NCBI GenBank assembly: GCA_964252035.1
Contig: OZ176206.1
Direction: 5' to 3' (one strand)
From: Podarcis erhardii
Lineage: Eukaryota
DNA length: 64,000 nucleotides
Shown here: in pieces, positions 10,045 to 23,573 of the stretch
Position numbering within the stretch: position 1 is the first letter of the stretch
How the letters are laid out: each line of letters begins with the position of its first letter
Notes under the pieces: generated by a model
What the model was told of the DNA's origin: nothing
What the model saw: the letters and a program-made list of their open reading frames with translations, nothing else
The model's database searches: none
Program-made: the position numbers and the translations under genes

Positions 10045-12084
10045 CCTCTGGGCGCCTTCTACCTCTGATCTTCACAGTCCTCACTGAGTAAGAAGCACAC
10101 TGCTTGCTCCTGTATCCTAGTTGAACTTGCAGTCTGAACAGCATGGACATTGCTTGTGTGTTCTTAAAGCAGGGTTGAAGAATGAGAATCCTGCTCATCT
10201 CAGGGTTGTGGCTTTTGAAATAAGAAAATGGAGTTTTCCACTTGGAACCAGCTGCTGCGGAATTAATTTAGCATAACTTTTTATGCCAATCAGTTGCTTG
10301 CCTAACATCCTAGATCTAGCATTGCTTAGCAATCTAGGACATCTGTGTGGCACACAATGAACACTCACCTTGTTGTGTTTGAAGCTGTCTGAGCTAGAGC
10401 CTGTAGGTATATCTGTGCAAGATTCCTCTTACATCAGCAAAATTCCCTTAAGCCAAGGTCAGGTTACTACAAATGTGCAGCTCATAAACACAGTTGGGTC
10501 TGGGCTTCAGGACGTTTACTGTTTAAATAACAAGAGTGTTGGAGGAGATGGGAAAGGGAAATGGCAAAGAATGGGTGAGCAAATGTATTTATTTTAGGTT
10601 TTGTTTCAGTTAGGGATGAGGATTAAGACAAAGGCTTCACAGAAAAAGTGGGGTTTTAAGAAGGATTTGGCAGGTGTTTTTAAACTGCAGCAGTAAGAAT
10701 GGCTCTTGGTATGTACAGCATGGGTCTGTGGGGCCTCTACATATACCTGATTTGGTTGCTAATAATCAGAGGGAGAAACAAATGTCGGGGATATGCAAAA
10801 ATACTTTCTTTTTAGGAAGCATTTATATATGTCTCTTCTGTGGCACTCTGAAGCCACTTTTGCCCACTGGTTTCAGCTTCAGTGGAGATTGTGTGTGTGA
10901 ATGGCATGGACAGGTATGCATTAAAGTTTATTTTAGAATCTAGATCTGGTTATTTTTGAGTGCAGAGTGCATTTTTAGTTTTGGAGCCAATCTGCTGAGT
11001 GCAGCCATCTTTTGGATAAGGTGACAGTCAAAGCACAGGTCATAGTTCTAATTATTCAAAATATTTGACATGTAGGTTTGCTTTATCCCTGGCAACAGCA
11101 AGAACAGGGAAGAAGCGTGGCACTTAAGAGCAGTGTGCTGGTGCACACAGGAAGTTTGCATTAAACCATGGGCATAGCCAGGGGAAGCAGGGGCACAACA
11201 AGTAAATAAATGAAAAATACTTAAGTGCCCAATTGCAACACAGATAGCTCAGTCCTGCCCCCCCCCCAGCAATAATGCTTGCCTCCCCTTAAAAAAAAAT
11301 CCTGGCTATGCCCATGCATTAAACCATAGTTTATTCTAAACTATGAGCAAACTAGCTCACAGTTAACTGCTCCATGGAATTCTGCAGAAAAATTATATGG
11401 AGCTGAAACACAACATTATATGTACTGGTATATATTCTAGAAGATGTAAACAAGTCAATAATTACCAGCCTTTCCCCACTGAATGTCACTGTAATGGCTT
11501 TATTCCTCCTATTTGAAGGGAGTCATTCTTATGCCAAATATATTAGTGATTGTTATAAGGACATGGCATTTTTCAAATTTTTGACCACCACTCACCACCC
11601 CATTTTTTTTTTTTTTGCCCTATCTTTTTGTACATTCTAAACCTTATGCCTATTTTGTTGGCTTTAGCAGGACTTAACCTTGAACTCTCAAACACACTAC
11701 TACCTCCTCAAATTGTTGTTAAGGGGTTGTATTGATTCTCAAGAAGCTTATAATTCTCAACTTCCATAAGCATAAACATTATCTGTAGTGCAGCAGTAAT
11801 TGCTACAGTGATAATGGATCATCTCCATGTTTCTACTGCTCTTTGAGTATTGTCCATGCCATTGTAATTTTGCATCATTAAGACCCAAAAATGCATGTCA
11901 GAATCTTGCCTACCTTAATTCATTAGCACAGGGATGACATGATAAATCTGAAAGCTGAATGTTGGTGCAGACAGGTGAAGTATGCATGACAGCATTTGGC
12001 ACCAGCTGCAGGAATTTGCCTTGTTAGACATTTGCTGTAGTAGAGAATTTCTAAAATTTATTTATTTATTTTTTGTCTTCACAG

Positions 12085-12198
12085 GCCGATGAAGATCCTA
12101 TTATGGGATTTCACCAGATATTTCTATTAAAGAACATCAATGATGCTTGGGTTTGCACCAATGACATGTTCAGGCTAGCATTGCACAACTTTGGTTGA
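12085..12198 (+). CDS. NUTF2: NTF2 canonical terminal coding exon 4b ([37 protein letters not shown])
   Basis: TTCACAG acceptor, TGA at 12196-12198. Total 33+24+33+37 = 127 aa, the length of vertebrate NTF2. Confidence 0.98.
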   Translation, partial: ADEDPIMGFHQIFLLKNINDAWVCTNDMFRLALHNFG

Positions 12199-12604
12199 GA
12201 CAGCATCCCCGAGGCACCTGTACTTTTCTTTTCTCCTCTCCTCCTTACAGATATTAATCACATTCATGGAACATTCCAAATATCATACACAAACCTGCAA
12301 CACCACGGCAAGCAAGCAAGACCTGCGTGCGACATGCCCTTCTGAAGAGTTTATGTTGTGTCACTAGAAGAGTTCCTTGTGCATGATGTTTGGAAGTTAG
12401 ACTTAGCTGCATTTGACAAGGGAAATATGTGTTTTTACCAGCATGCCTCGGGAAGCATCCGTAATACAAAAGGTTGTGTTTCTGTACTGACAAGTTTCTC
12501 TAATAGCCCAAAGAAGCAAAAGGAAAGGAAAGAATGGCAGCCTGAATCCAGCTGAGATACTGATTTTTTTTTTTTTGTTCAGATGTTTCAGTGCTACATT
12601 ATAC

Positions 12605-12610
12605 AATAAA
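12605..12610 (+). terminator. NUTF2: Candidate NUTF2 polyadenylation signal AATAAA (exon 4b 3' UTR)
   Basis: First AATAAA, about 400 nt after the stop codon. Confidence 0.55.
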
Positions 12611-13612
12611 ACCATGAAATTTTCTTAACAGTTTACATTGTTGGATGTTCACTATGTAACTAGATTCTTGCATCTTCAGCTATACATCTGAATACCTAGC
12701 CTGGAAACGCACGACTTGGCAGAACTTTGAAGTTCTTAACGTCTCCATAGCTCTTTTGTAGAACATTTTTGCCATTGTTTAAGGCTTAACAATTGCTCCA
12801 TATACCTGAAAGTTGAGACATTTCCTTCCCCTGAAAGTCATAATACGGATTTATATTAATTACTTACGTGTAAAGCAGATCATTACACTGAGCATCAATC
12901 ATTTTCTTCAGTCCTTCTTACAGAAATAGATGGAAAACCATGCATAAAAACAGCAATGTAGAATGTACTTTTTCCAGGCTTCCAGGGTTGTTTCTCTACA
13001 CTAAGCTCTCAAGATTTAGCATATTCATACCATTTGCTTTTCCTCTAATGTTCAAGAGATGGGTCCGTATATCATCATGAATTGTTTAGAGAGTTTTGCC
13101 CTTCCAGGACAGCCATTTTAAAGCAAGCTACAACTTTAGCCTAGTACAATCACACTACTTTTTACGTTTGCCTGTGGCTTGCTTCGGATAATGTCTTGAA
13201 TTATCGTAGTATTGTTGCTGAAGTAAGCAGCACCCACATGCCACCAATAGCAGTGTTTCAGTAATTAAATAGTACCAGTACTACCAAACTGCTAAGAAAA
13301 TTCCAAATACGTTTTCTCTGCTGATTTGCTGCAACAACATAGTGGTGGAGACAACACATATTTTCAAAATGGCCAGGTCCTTATAGGATTTTTTATTAAT
13401 GAGCTTAGTATGAGGTGAGCAGACTTGCATCCATGGGCCTTTCCTAAAGTTTAACTGAGCTATTTCCAAATTGTGCTGATCACTTGACCTGATACTTGTT
13501 TAGTTTCATATGCCAATGAGTAGGAGGAACAGTAAGTGTGTTTTTCTCAACTATGGAAAAAGATCTCTTGAAGGGATGGATTTGCTATCACATCTACTGA
13601 TAGGTGGCTGTA

Positions 13613-13891
13613 AGGTAAGGTAAAGGTAAAGGGACCCCTGACCATTAGGTCCAGTCGTGGCCGACTCTGGGGTGGCAGTGCTCATCTAACTTTATTGGCC
13701 GAGGGAGCCAGCATACAGCTTCCGGGTCATGTGGCCAGCATGACAAAGCCGCTTCTGGCGAACCAGAGCAGCGCACGGAAACGCTGTTTACCTTCCCGCC
13801 AGAGCGGTACCTATTTATCTACTTGCACTTTGACATGCTTTCGAACTGCTAGGTTGGCAGGAGCAGGGACTGAGCAACGGGAGCTCACCCC
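13613..13891 (-). mobile_element. Sauria SINE, 5'-truncated
   Basis: Body matches the copy at 1-220, with a (TTTACC)n-type tail. 9-bp TSD GTGGCTGTA at 13604-13612 and 13892-13900. Confidence 0.88.
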
Positions 13892-16800
13892 GTGGCTGTA
13901 GTCGGCACCAAATCAATATAAAAACCAAGGCAAGGAAGGTATGCATTTCCAAGCATATCCTGAAATAAAGGTACATTTCTAATTCCCCCTGGATGGTTTA
14001 CAAAGGTCCATTTCAGCTTCGCTCTGGTTTGGATTCCTTGCTCTGATCGTTCTACTTCACCCACTCTTTTTGTGCTTTCATTTTCCTACACAGAAGTGAT
14101 CTAAAGGACTGTCACTGTCCCTGGCAAACCAATGCTTTTGGGGTGACTACAGCTGCCGCTTACGGTCCTTGAGGTGTAGTTCCATAGACATCACTTCATT
14201 GCAAGGATTTTGGTTAACATTAGCCAGTTACATGAATTTAAAATGTGCTTGTGGAAGAGGGCTTAGGCTGGCATCCATGCCTTAATGCATGTGTACAGGT
14301 TTAGTTTGCAGAAGTCCCAATGATGTGTAGAACTTAGTGCCAAGTTCTTAGTTTGCTTAGAAGTTCTTAGTTTGCTTAGAACTTCACCCTTCAAATCAGG
14401 TGATCAGGCAACTATTGGGAAACGGTTGTCTCTGTATCTAAATAAGATGAGGCAATTCCAGATAGCCTCATTTTAAATTTAGCACACCAGATGAAAATCT
14501 TGGGTGAGGTCATCATAGGTACCATGTTTTGAGTTGGATGTTGTATAAGTCTTGGTGAGAGCTTTGCTTAATAGCCATATGAAAACAAAATGCCTTATAA
14601 AACTTCATGAGAATGTCTTTCACAGGCAACATTTTGTTGGAAGGGGGGCATTACTCTTTGGCCAAGCTTATGAGGAATGTTTATTATCATCCATGAGAGA
14701 AGAGTGACTGTTTCCCAATATCTTGTGTCACCTTCACAACATCAGCTTATGGCATTTTATTAAAAAATGGCTTGCCCTTTGAGAAAATGTTAAAGTCAGT
14801 AGATAGAGGCTGCTCAGAAGGGCAATAAAAAGTTGTGTTCTCCAACCCAATTTGAAGGAGAAATCCATCCTTCCTATCATCCCTTAATGGAAACTGCCTT
14901 GTAATCATTTGTTTTCAGAGCAGAAAACATCCTTAGGATATTATAAACTGCTACAAGAAGGTATATGATAGAAAGCCTGATCTAGGATTCTAGATTATGT
15001 GTAAGGAGATGAAAGCTGTTAAACTGCTCATTCTGAAAACAGTAAATTCTTTCATAAAACTGCTAAGTGCTACTTTGCTTTGGGGCAATACATAGAGCAG
15101 ACCTGTGCAACTACCAAAGCACAGCCCATCAGCCACATACCGTGGCTTGCCACATGCTCCATAAGTGTATTTTTGCAGTTCTAGGCCAGCACCCAAAACA
15201 GCAGGGTTTGGATCCAGTTAATATTGTGGTGGGGTTCTCCTTTTTGTGAGGGGTATACAAAAGAAGGCACTGAGAATTCGCTTCTATACAAGCTTGTCAT
15301 CAGTTGACAGTAGAAACATCATGTTCCAAAAACAGCAGCAGCTTACATACTGCTTTATAGCAGATGCTTGATGTACATGGGGAGAAAAACACTATTTGTA
15401 GAAATGCAGAATTTCAATTGCAGAACAGCACTACCTACCTTTACCATATCTACTGTATAATCTTGACTTATTAAGATTGTACCAGCAGCAAATGTTTAAA
15501 TAAAGGCTCTTTAACAAATACTGTTGCTTTAAGACTAGAAACCAGAAAAAGAGTGAGGAAATGTGTGCTGTCTTGCTTCATGAGGCAGCATAAGAATAGG
15601 GGGCCAGCATAACTCATCTGTGTTTAGATTGTTGTGTGAGGACATCTCTCATCTCTGAAATAATAATCTTGTGGCCAATTTCCCTGTTGTCTAGTGATAA
15701 AAGGGAAGGGACAGCACTTTATGTGAACAAGCCTAATATTGTCACCATTTGTTTATTGGTGGCAGCCCCTTTTCCTTCCCATGTAATTTCCCATGTCCCA
15801 CCCACCCTGGAGAGGACTTGATGATCAGCCCCAAAGAGAATAGTTATCCTGACCACTTAGTGAATTCTGAAAGAACAAAATGTGTGATAACATGCCTACT
15901 TGTAGAATAGCTTTTCCCAACATAGTGCCCTCCATTTCCCTGGACTGCAACTCCCATCATCGGTGATGCTGGCTGGGACTGATAAGAAGGCTGGTGAAGG
16001 GTAAACTTTCTGTTTTGTTATTGACGTGCAGTCTACAGATAACAGAATACATGAAATGTGAGGCACGCATACTTGCCTCTATAGGTTATTAAGACAAATT
16101 TTCATGTTATGCACACTGCAGTGCACAATATGGGGATAACTACATCATGCTATGCAATCCTTTGCAGTCCATGTATGTATTCATCATGTGTTATAAAAAT
16201 TATTTAAAATATGTATCTCTTCAGTCAAAAAGGGCGGCCAAAATGACTTACAAATGTCAATCATAAGACAGTCCTTCCCTTCAGGCTTACAATCTAAAAT
16301 GCATGACATTCAAGGGAAAGGGACTGAGGAGTAAAGAAAATAACACGGGCATTATTTCTGGTTGTAAATTGTCTGTTGCAATGATGTTGCAAAGGTTTTG
16401 AACCAGAACAAGCCAAAGGTTAGTGGAGGCACAGCCTGAAAGGTATTACCACCTTAGATGTGGTTTGTGGATTTGGGAAACAATAGCAACACTGGTGCAT
16501 TTCTAGGCTTGGTATCCCAGGAAAGCTTTTCCATTTAGAAATCTAGTGTAATTTTCCTTGTAGAGGTGGGTAGGGATAAAGGAAAGTTGCTGTTCTTGAC
16601 AGAGTAATTTAGTATGTGGATAAGAAGCTTCTAGCATTGCCTCTATTCTGATTGGCCGCAATTCTTCCAGGTTGGGATAGGTTTTCCAGGTTTTACTACC
16701 CAAGAGCCTTTTACCTAAATATGCAAAGGATTGATCCTAAGGTCTAATGCATGCAAAGCAGATGTTCTAGGTCAAACAAGCCTGATATGGAACCTTAAAA

Positions 16801-17688
16801 CAACAATGTTGGGAAATATAAAAGAGATTATTTTCACTGCTTTGTGCAGAACTTGCCTTAATATGTCTTGTGGGTTGGGGGAGGGGTTTAACAGGTTATT
16901 GCACATGTTCATGCAAAACTAAGGAAATGAGAGTGATGGTGAAATTACTTCTAATTCCATAATGTTAAAAAATTTCAAGTAATTTATCAAGAACAGTGGA
17001 CAAATTACTTATGTACAGCAGCTGCTGACAGTATTTCATTTTCTGTATGCTACAGGCTATTCTCTATATTAATAGGGTTGGTGTATTTTTAAATTGACAG
17101 AGGCTCTGTGTAACAGGCCAAAGTCAACAGACAAAGGCAGTGCTGAAAATGATGGTACAGAAGCTGTCCCTACAGCTTTGTCTGCTTGACATGCAGGGTG
17201 TTTTTAAGGAACAGAGCGCAGCCTAATATACTTGAAATGACTGGAAATGCCTGCATTTGTATGCAAATCATCTTCCTGTCTCGGTAAGTATTTTCAACGT
17301 GCTTCTTTCTCTGATAAGGATTTTGCATAACTGGAAAACTTTTGAATGGCCAGATTATTCTAGACTAGCGTGTCTGTCTGTGTGTATGCACGCACTACAC
17401 AAACGGATATGCATGAGTTAAGAGTGAGAGAGAGAAAGAGAAAAAACTAAACAGTGGGGACTAAAAAACCGTTGAATCGTAAGAAGCGCATCCTACGATG
17501 TTGCAATGCAAAATCCCTTGTATCTTAGGTGACGCTGCCTCTCAACTTGCTTCCGCAAGTGGTGTCGTCCATCTTTATTTCATATGGTTTGGGGGTTTGG
17601 GAGTCAACACATCAGGTCTACTCCACTCAAATATTACATTCATTGGGACTTTGTGACCCAAACATAGTGACGCTCATTGGGGCGATCC

Positions 17689-17712
17689 TACATACATACA
17701 TACATACATACA
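17689..17712 (+). repeat. (TACA)6 microsatellite
   Basis: Read directly. Confidence 0.9.
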
Positions 17713-18034
17713 TAGCTCTGTGGTTTTTAAGGTTAAGCAGTGTATAAATTCTGCTAAAAAATAATAATTTGGCAGCACCACCTAACATACTACTTGGAAG
17801 TGACGCTGTGTGTTCATTTGGGGCTTAACGTCCAGGATATGTATGTCTGCAGCTCAAGCTGTAGCTTCTCCTCCTGCAGAGAACTGTCCCGCATTTCTGT
17901 ATCTTTATTTTTTAGGGCCCAAAATGAACCCCAGACTAATTTTATTTATTTATTATGTTTATTTAAATTCTATACTGCCCTTTATCCGAGGATCACAGTG
18001 CGGTTTACAATATAAAAATACAAACATACATAAT

Positions 18035-18265
18035 GTTGTTGTTTGGTCGTTTAGTCGTGTCCGACTCTTCGTGACCCCATGGACCAGAGCACGCCAGGCA
18101 CTCCTGTCTTCCACTGCCTCCCGCAGTTTGGTCAGACTCATGTTTGTAGCTTCGAGAACACTGTCTAACCATCTCGTCCTCTGTCGTCCCCTTCTCCTTG
18201 TGCCCTCCATCTTTCCCAACAGCAGGGTCTTTTCCAGGGAGTCTTCTCATGAGGTGGCCAAAGTC
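18035..18265 (-). mobile_element. RTE-BovB 3' fragment inserted into an L2-type tail next to the EDC4 promoter
   Basis: Reverse complement is near-identical to 2370-2600. 20-bp TSD AAAATACAA(A/G)CATACATAAT at 18015-18034 and 18266-18285. Confidence 0.9.
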
Positions 18266-18339
18266 AAAATACAAGCATACATAATAAATGAACATATAAA
18301 AACAATACCCCCCCCCAGCTACCCACAGTTTAAAAGGCC

Positions 18340-18900
18340 GCAGGTTGTACGTGCGAGGGGGGCCTCTTCCCGGCCCTCGTTCTCCTTTCTGCGCGCTTCT
18401 GCCTGCTTCGTACACCATCTGTATTTATTCTCTGCTGGGAGAGGCGGAACCCGGACGTCTGGGTACCATTTGCCTGGGGTAAGGAAAGCAATGACCGGAC
18501 CGGAAGCGGAAGTGGGGGCGGAGAAGCGGGGTTTGGCCTGCCCGGGCGGTGGAAGCCGCGGTAGCTGTGGTACTGCTGGCGGACTTGGCGGGGCCCAATG
18601 GCCTCCGCGAGCATCGATATCGAGGACGCGACTCAGCATCTCCGAGACATCCTCAAGCTGGACCGGCCGAGCGGTGGGGCTCTCGGGCCGGGACCCTAAC
18701 AAGGAGGCGGGGGGTTTTCTTGGAAGCAGTTCCTTTGGGGAGTGAGCGGCTGAAATGAGGCTCGTGGTCTCGGGCGGCGGTGCTCCCCTTTGCTCAGCCC
18801 ATCCCGCGTGAGCGGGAAGGCGCCCACTGCGCTGGCAGGAGGGCGGCAGGCGACGGGCGGGCGAAGAGCCCAGGGGGGCGCGATCCTATAGACACGCTTA
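18340..18900 (+). promoter_or_regulatory. EDC4: EDC4 CpG-island promoter with tandem ETS/GABP sites and a GC box
   Basis: CpG-dense. CCGGAAGCGGAAGT at 18500-18513, GGGGCGGAG at 18515-18523, no TATA box seen. Confidence 0.8.
18598..18673 (+). CDS. EDC4: EDC4 exon 1 (MASASIDIEDATQHLRDILKLDRPS-G)
   Basis: ATG at 18598. Donor G|GTGGGG is forced by the in-frame TAA at 18697 and by the phase of exon 2. Confidence 0.9.
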
Positions 18901-21182
18901 TTTGGGAGTAAACCCAACGGAGCATGATGGGATTTGTTGTCTGGTTGTGCCGGGTTACGGTAGGGAGTTGCCATCCTGCGTCTACTTGTTTGGAAGTGAG
19001 CCTCCTTGAGCACAGTGGAGACCTACTTCTGAGTAACCAGAACTCAAGGATGGGGCTTCCCGTTTGGGGCCAAAAAGTCCCATCTGACTAAAAAGGTCCT
19101 CTGCAACTGTGGCTCCTGCATTAGTACTTTCTGCTCTTTTTGGTGGAGTGTGGTGCTCAGCTTTCTTTCAAACGTAGCTGCCTCTTTCTACCCCACCCCC
19201 TTCATCTTCTGCTTCTGCCCCGCCCCCTTCTTTAATGGAGCAGGCACTTGGTTTGACTTTGACTGCTTGTTTTTTTAAAGGCCATTTCCCCCTGCAGCTT
19301 TTTAAGCCTGCAGCCCAGAGTATGGTGTCATATATCTGCAGATGATTGTGAAGGCACTCTAGGCAAGGAGGGGTTGGCCAGGCTGCTCAAGCTGGCGCTG
19401 AGAATGAACAACTAGCAATTCAGTACTGTTATTCTATGGCTCTTTAACAAATACCGGATAACTTGACTTTTCCTTAATGTACATTGTTTGGTTTCTTTGT
19501 TTTTGTAGTCATATTCCAGTTGTAATTCTCTGTATTAATAGCTGCTCTTGCTACATTTCTCAAGTTGGAAGGAGGACTGAGCAATAGTGTTGTCAGATCT
19601 AAACCCTATTTTACCACCTGGTAGGGTCTTGTAGAGCCAGAAAAAAATGATGGCCTTATCTGACTTACCAAGGCATGAGTTAGCCACTCCTGCTGTAGAT
19701 CATAACATTTTTGTATACTGAACATATATCTGGTGTGCCTGGTCTCCCACTCCTGTGTCTCTCCGCCCCCCCCCCCCCAGCTGCTTTCAGAATTTTTTTG
19801 GGTGGGGGCACAGTTAGTTGTGGTACTCCACAAGATGTTTTTCTCAACAACTACATGAAGGTGCTGGGAAATATCAGAGCTTTGGAGTTGGATATAATTA
19901 ACAAGAAGGTGACACCCAGGTTTCTAGTTCATTACGTAAGTGTCCAGCAATGGCTGCCTCAGATCTGAACAGTGTGAGGAGGCCACAGGCAAGTGGATGA
20001 TATAAACAAAACACTTGAGATTGAATCCAGACAAGGCAAAGATGAAGGTAGGGGTAAGACGGTGGCTCATGCCAGAGTCATGCCTGAGCAGGTTCCTTAC
20101 CTATCCAGAGGGAGGTCTGGGCAGTGCTCCAGAATGTATCCTGCACTGGACATGACAAGGCAGCCAAATCAAATAGTGCCCTTGCTGAGATGCTATCTCC
20201 CCACTGATAGGTGATCTGGCTGGTTAGTATCGTGGTAAGAATGATGTGGGGATGGAGTGATGGACAAAGTTGAGTGAGTAGCTTTCTAGTTTTGGAAATT
20301 TCATAAATTTAGAAATATCTGCAGTGCAGAGTATGGGAGAGGTTTGTCTTTAAAGGGATAGTTTGAAATGCACCTGTTGCTTTAGTAAAGTGTCTAATTA
20401 GCATGCTGTTCTGTACTTTATTTGAGGAGGAAATCACAACATTTCTGCCTTGGAAACTGCATTAGCCTCACAAGACCATTGGTATATTGGGGCAATGTTG
20501 TCTTTCTCCATTGGTGTAAAAACAACTGAATGGCTAGTATGAATATGATATACCTATCTGCACATATTATAATACTAATACAGTATACTTAGGTGCAGGA
20601 TGCATCCTAGATTTTTATCTGAACTTCTGCTGTGCCAGCCAGATCCCTCCCTTTTTGCCTTTTGTGAGATACTGTTTCCATGGTGCTTGCAGCAGTAACC
20701 ATTTCATGTGAGCAGTGTACTGTGCCTGTTGACATTTCCTGCCATAACCTCACCCGGCTCTGTTGGGCTAAATGGTGGCATTTAGTTCCTACTGTGCTGC
20801 ATGCATATCCAGCTTTTGAGCAAAGGCTCCGCTGTAAAGTATTCACCAATCTCTTAATTATTTGTAGGAAGGACTTACTATATTCAGATCACTGACATAT
20901 CCCAGGGCAGAGTGTGGATTGATTGCAGAATTACTGGGGGTGGAGGGCAATGATATGGATATTAACTTAATTTGCAGTAGGCAATTTCTTTATTCTAGTG
21001 GAAAATAGGAAATGCCTTTGCTACTATTACTTTCCTTTCCTTGAACTTGCTCTGGATTTTGATTCCTCCAGTAGGCGTTATCTTTGTTATTCAACTGTCC
21101 CTGTAACCACAAGAAACCATGTGAAACTAAGTGAAATGAAAGCGAAAGTTGATTCTTAGTATTCTGTGTGATTCACTGATCA

Positions 21183-21418
21183 GCATAGGAATATATAGAC
21201 ATCGTTCACTGCTGGTCACTGCTTTATACCAAGCCAGAGCATTGATCCACCTCACTCCGTTTTGAGTCTACCCAAATTGGCAACTGCTTTCCAGTCAGAC
21301 TTCAGGCAGGATCCTCAATTGAGAATCTTTCCCAGCCCTACCTGAACATGCAGGGAATTGAACCTGGGATCATTCGCATGCGAAGCATGTGCTCTGCCCC
21401 TGAGCTTATGACCATAGG
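21183..21418 (-). mobile_element. Degenerate tRNA-derived SINE (Squam3-like)
   Basis: Reverse strand has a tRNA-like head (AGCTCAG...AGAGCACATGCTT..GCATG...CCCAGGTTCAATTCC). Related copies at about 9390, 25090, 30884, 38000 and 57683. Confidence 0.55.
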
Positions 21419-22534
21419 CATGTACATTTTCATACAAGGCTGGGACCCCATTTTCATGGAGGGTCCTGTGTTCTGGTTGGGTGGAACTTACATTGTATGT
21501 GAGGCAGGCAGCTGACAACAGCCAGCTCTGCCTTTCCTCAACATGCCTTCTGTGTCTCCTCAGGCAATCTTGGTTTGGCAAGGGTGGGGGAACTTAGCCT
21601 GAGGAGGGCAGAGAGGGAACTTTCCCCCTGTGGTCCATTCACTGTCTGTACAGAACTAACCATTGTGTGCTCTGCCTACATGCCACCCACCCACCTTTCC
21701 TCTTCTCACGGTGTTACTTTATGGCATTGAGCCATGCTGCACTCTAGTATGAAACTGGCATTAGCCATCAGTTAACAGGACTGAGTAGGAATTTTACCCA
21801 GGATCATCAGCTGACTTCTGTAGCCCTGGGTTTTTGGATTCTCTGCAACAATCCCCTGACTCAAGATGGCTGAAGCTATTGATTTTTACCTTCTAACATC
21901 TACCCAGCAGGATTGCTGAGCCCCAACTTCTGACAGCACATGAAACAGCAGAAATAGGTTCTGTGCCTGTATGTCCTGTTTTTGCTACTGGTAAACCTGC
22001 CTAGAAAAGTTGATTTTTGTCTTTTCTCTAATTCCGTGGTCTGTTTGTTTCTAACTCCCTTCCCAGGTCTATTCTAGCCTTCAGGAACAAACAGAAGTCA
22101 GCATCTGGAATGGCAGTTATCCAGAGATTTTTAAGTGTTCTGGCAAAATCATATAGTCCCATCAAGAGTTTGGGGACCACCTTTCCCCACACAGTCCTCC
22201 CCAGTTGAAGCCTAGTCATCAAGTGGTGTTGCTGGCTCCATGCTTATGGCTCATTAGGATAGGCACAGCTAGAAGGCGAGCCTTCTCAGTTATAATTTCC
22301 AAACTTGGAAACCAGAAGAGAAGCAGGCCACAATTTTCATTTTCCCTGCCCACCCTTTCATTCTCCTCTATTCTTATAGTATGGAGGCTTCTCACTGAAC
22401 TGGAGTGGTTAGAGGAACTACCTCTCCATTGAGCTTTCATAGCGATTCTAAAACTTTCTTTTTTAATTAAGCCTTTGGCTGAAATAGTCTTTGTGTGTAG
22501 TTATGTCATCATCCATCATGCTTTTATTGATTAA

Positions 22535-23270
22535 TAATAATAATTATTCTATACCACCCTTCATCCAAGGATCATAGGGTGGTTTACAATATAAAATCAC
22601 AAAAATATGTAGCATACTAACAATACCAAAAAACAAACCCCAACACACAGTTTAAAAGGCAATAGTTTGTTTAATTAGCCAAAGGCCTGGGAGAAGAGGG
22701 ATGCATTTTTGCCTGGTGCCTAAAGATATGTAGCACAGGCTCCAGGCAAGTCTTCCTGGAGAGGGCATTCCACCAACAGGGAGCCACTGCAGAAATATCC
22801 CCTTCCTGTGTTGGCACACTCTGGACCATGGGTAGGCAAAGTAAGGCCCAGGGGCCCAATCGCCTTTTAAATCTGGCCCATAGACGGTCAGGAAATCAGC
22901 ATGTTTTTACATGAGTAAAATGCAGCTCTGGGTTATTTGCGGGGCATAGGAATTTGTTCATTTCAAAATATATATAGTCCAGCCCCACAAGGTGTGATGG
23001 ACAGTGGACTGCCCCCCTGCTGAAAAAGTTTGCTAACCCCTGCTCTGGACCTTTCACGAAGGAGGCACACAAAGAAATGCCTCAGATGATGATTGCAGAT
23101 GATGATTATCGGCTCATATGGGGAGAGGCAGTCCTTGAGGTATTGCGGTCCTAATCTGTTTAAGGCTTTATAGGTCAAAACCAGCACTTTAATTGGGCCC
23201 AGAAACTAATCGGCAGCCAGTTCAGTCAGGCCAGGATTTGCGTTATATTCTCAAGCCGTCTTTCCTTGAG
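22535..23270 (-). mobile_element. L2 LINE 3' fragment
   Basis: Minus-strand peptide VLTYKALNRLGPQYLKDCLSPY resembles the L2 RT C-terminus at 58886-59170. Boundaries approximate. Confidence 0.7.
22827..23042. mobile_element. hAT MITE nested in the L2 fragment
   Basis: TIRs CATGGGTAGGCAAA / TTTGCTAACCCCTG. Perfect 8-bp TSD CTCTGGAC at 22819-22826 and 23043-23050. Confidence 0.85.
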
Positions 23271-23573
23271 CAAAACACTTGCCTTTTTATCATAGAGGAG
23301 AACCACTGATTCAGATTTTCTGTCCTTGGACAGAATGTTTTTCATATCTTCTCTAGAACATTACTATCTTGTTGGGCTCCTTGTTTCCTGTTTCAGTAGA
23401 AAGAGAGAGAGTTTGGCATTTCTTTTGAATGAAACCACTCTCCCATGTTATGTTCTTTTCATCTGGGACAGGGGACCATCAAAGGGAGACTGTATGGTTC
23501 AGAAACTTTCATGACCCTTTAAATGGCTGCGTAAATGTGAACATTGGCTCTGTTCCCCCCTCCCCCCATTTAG

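Noticed and set aside
17810-18745. 311-aa ORF, the longest in the track
   Set aside because: It is a chance read-through of an L2 tail, antisense BovB and the GC-rich EDC4 promoter in a non-EDC4 frame, with no coherent domain.
18491-18745. Out-of-frame upstream ATG overlapping the EDC4 start (possible uORF)
   Set aside because: It lies 5' of the tandem ETS sites and is probably upstream of the TSS. Without TSS data it cannot be supported.
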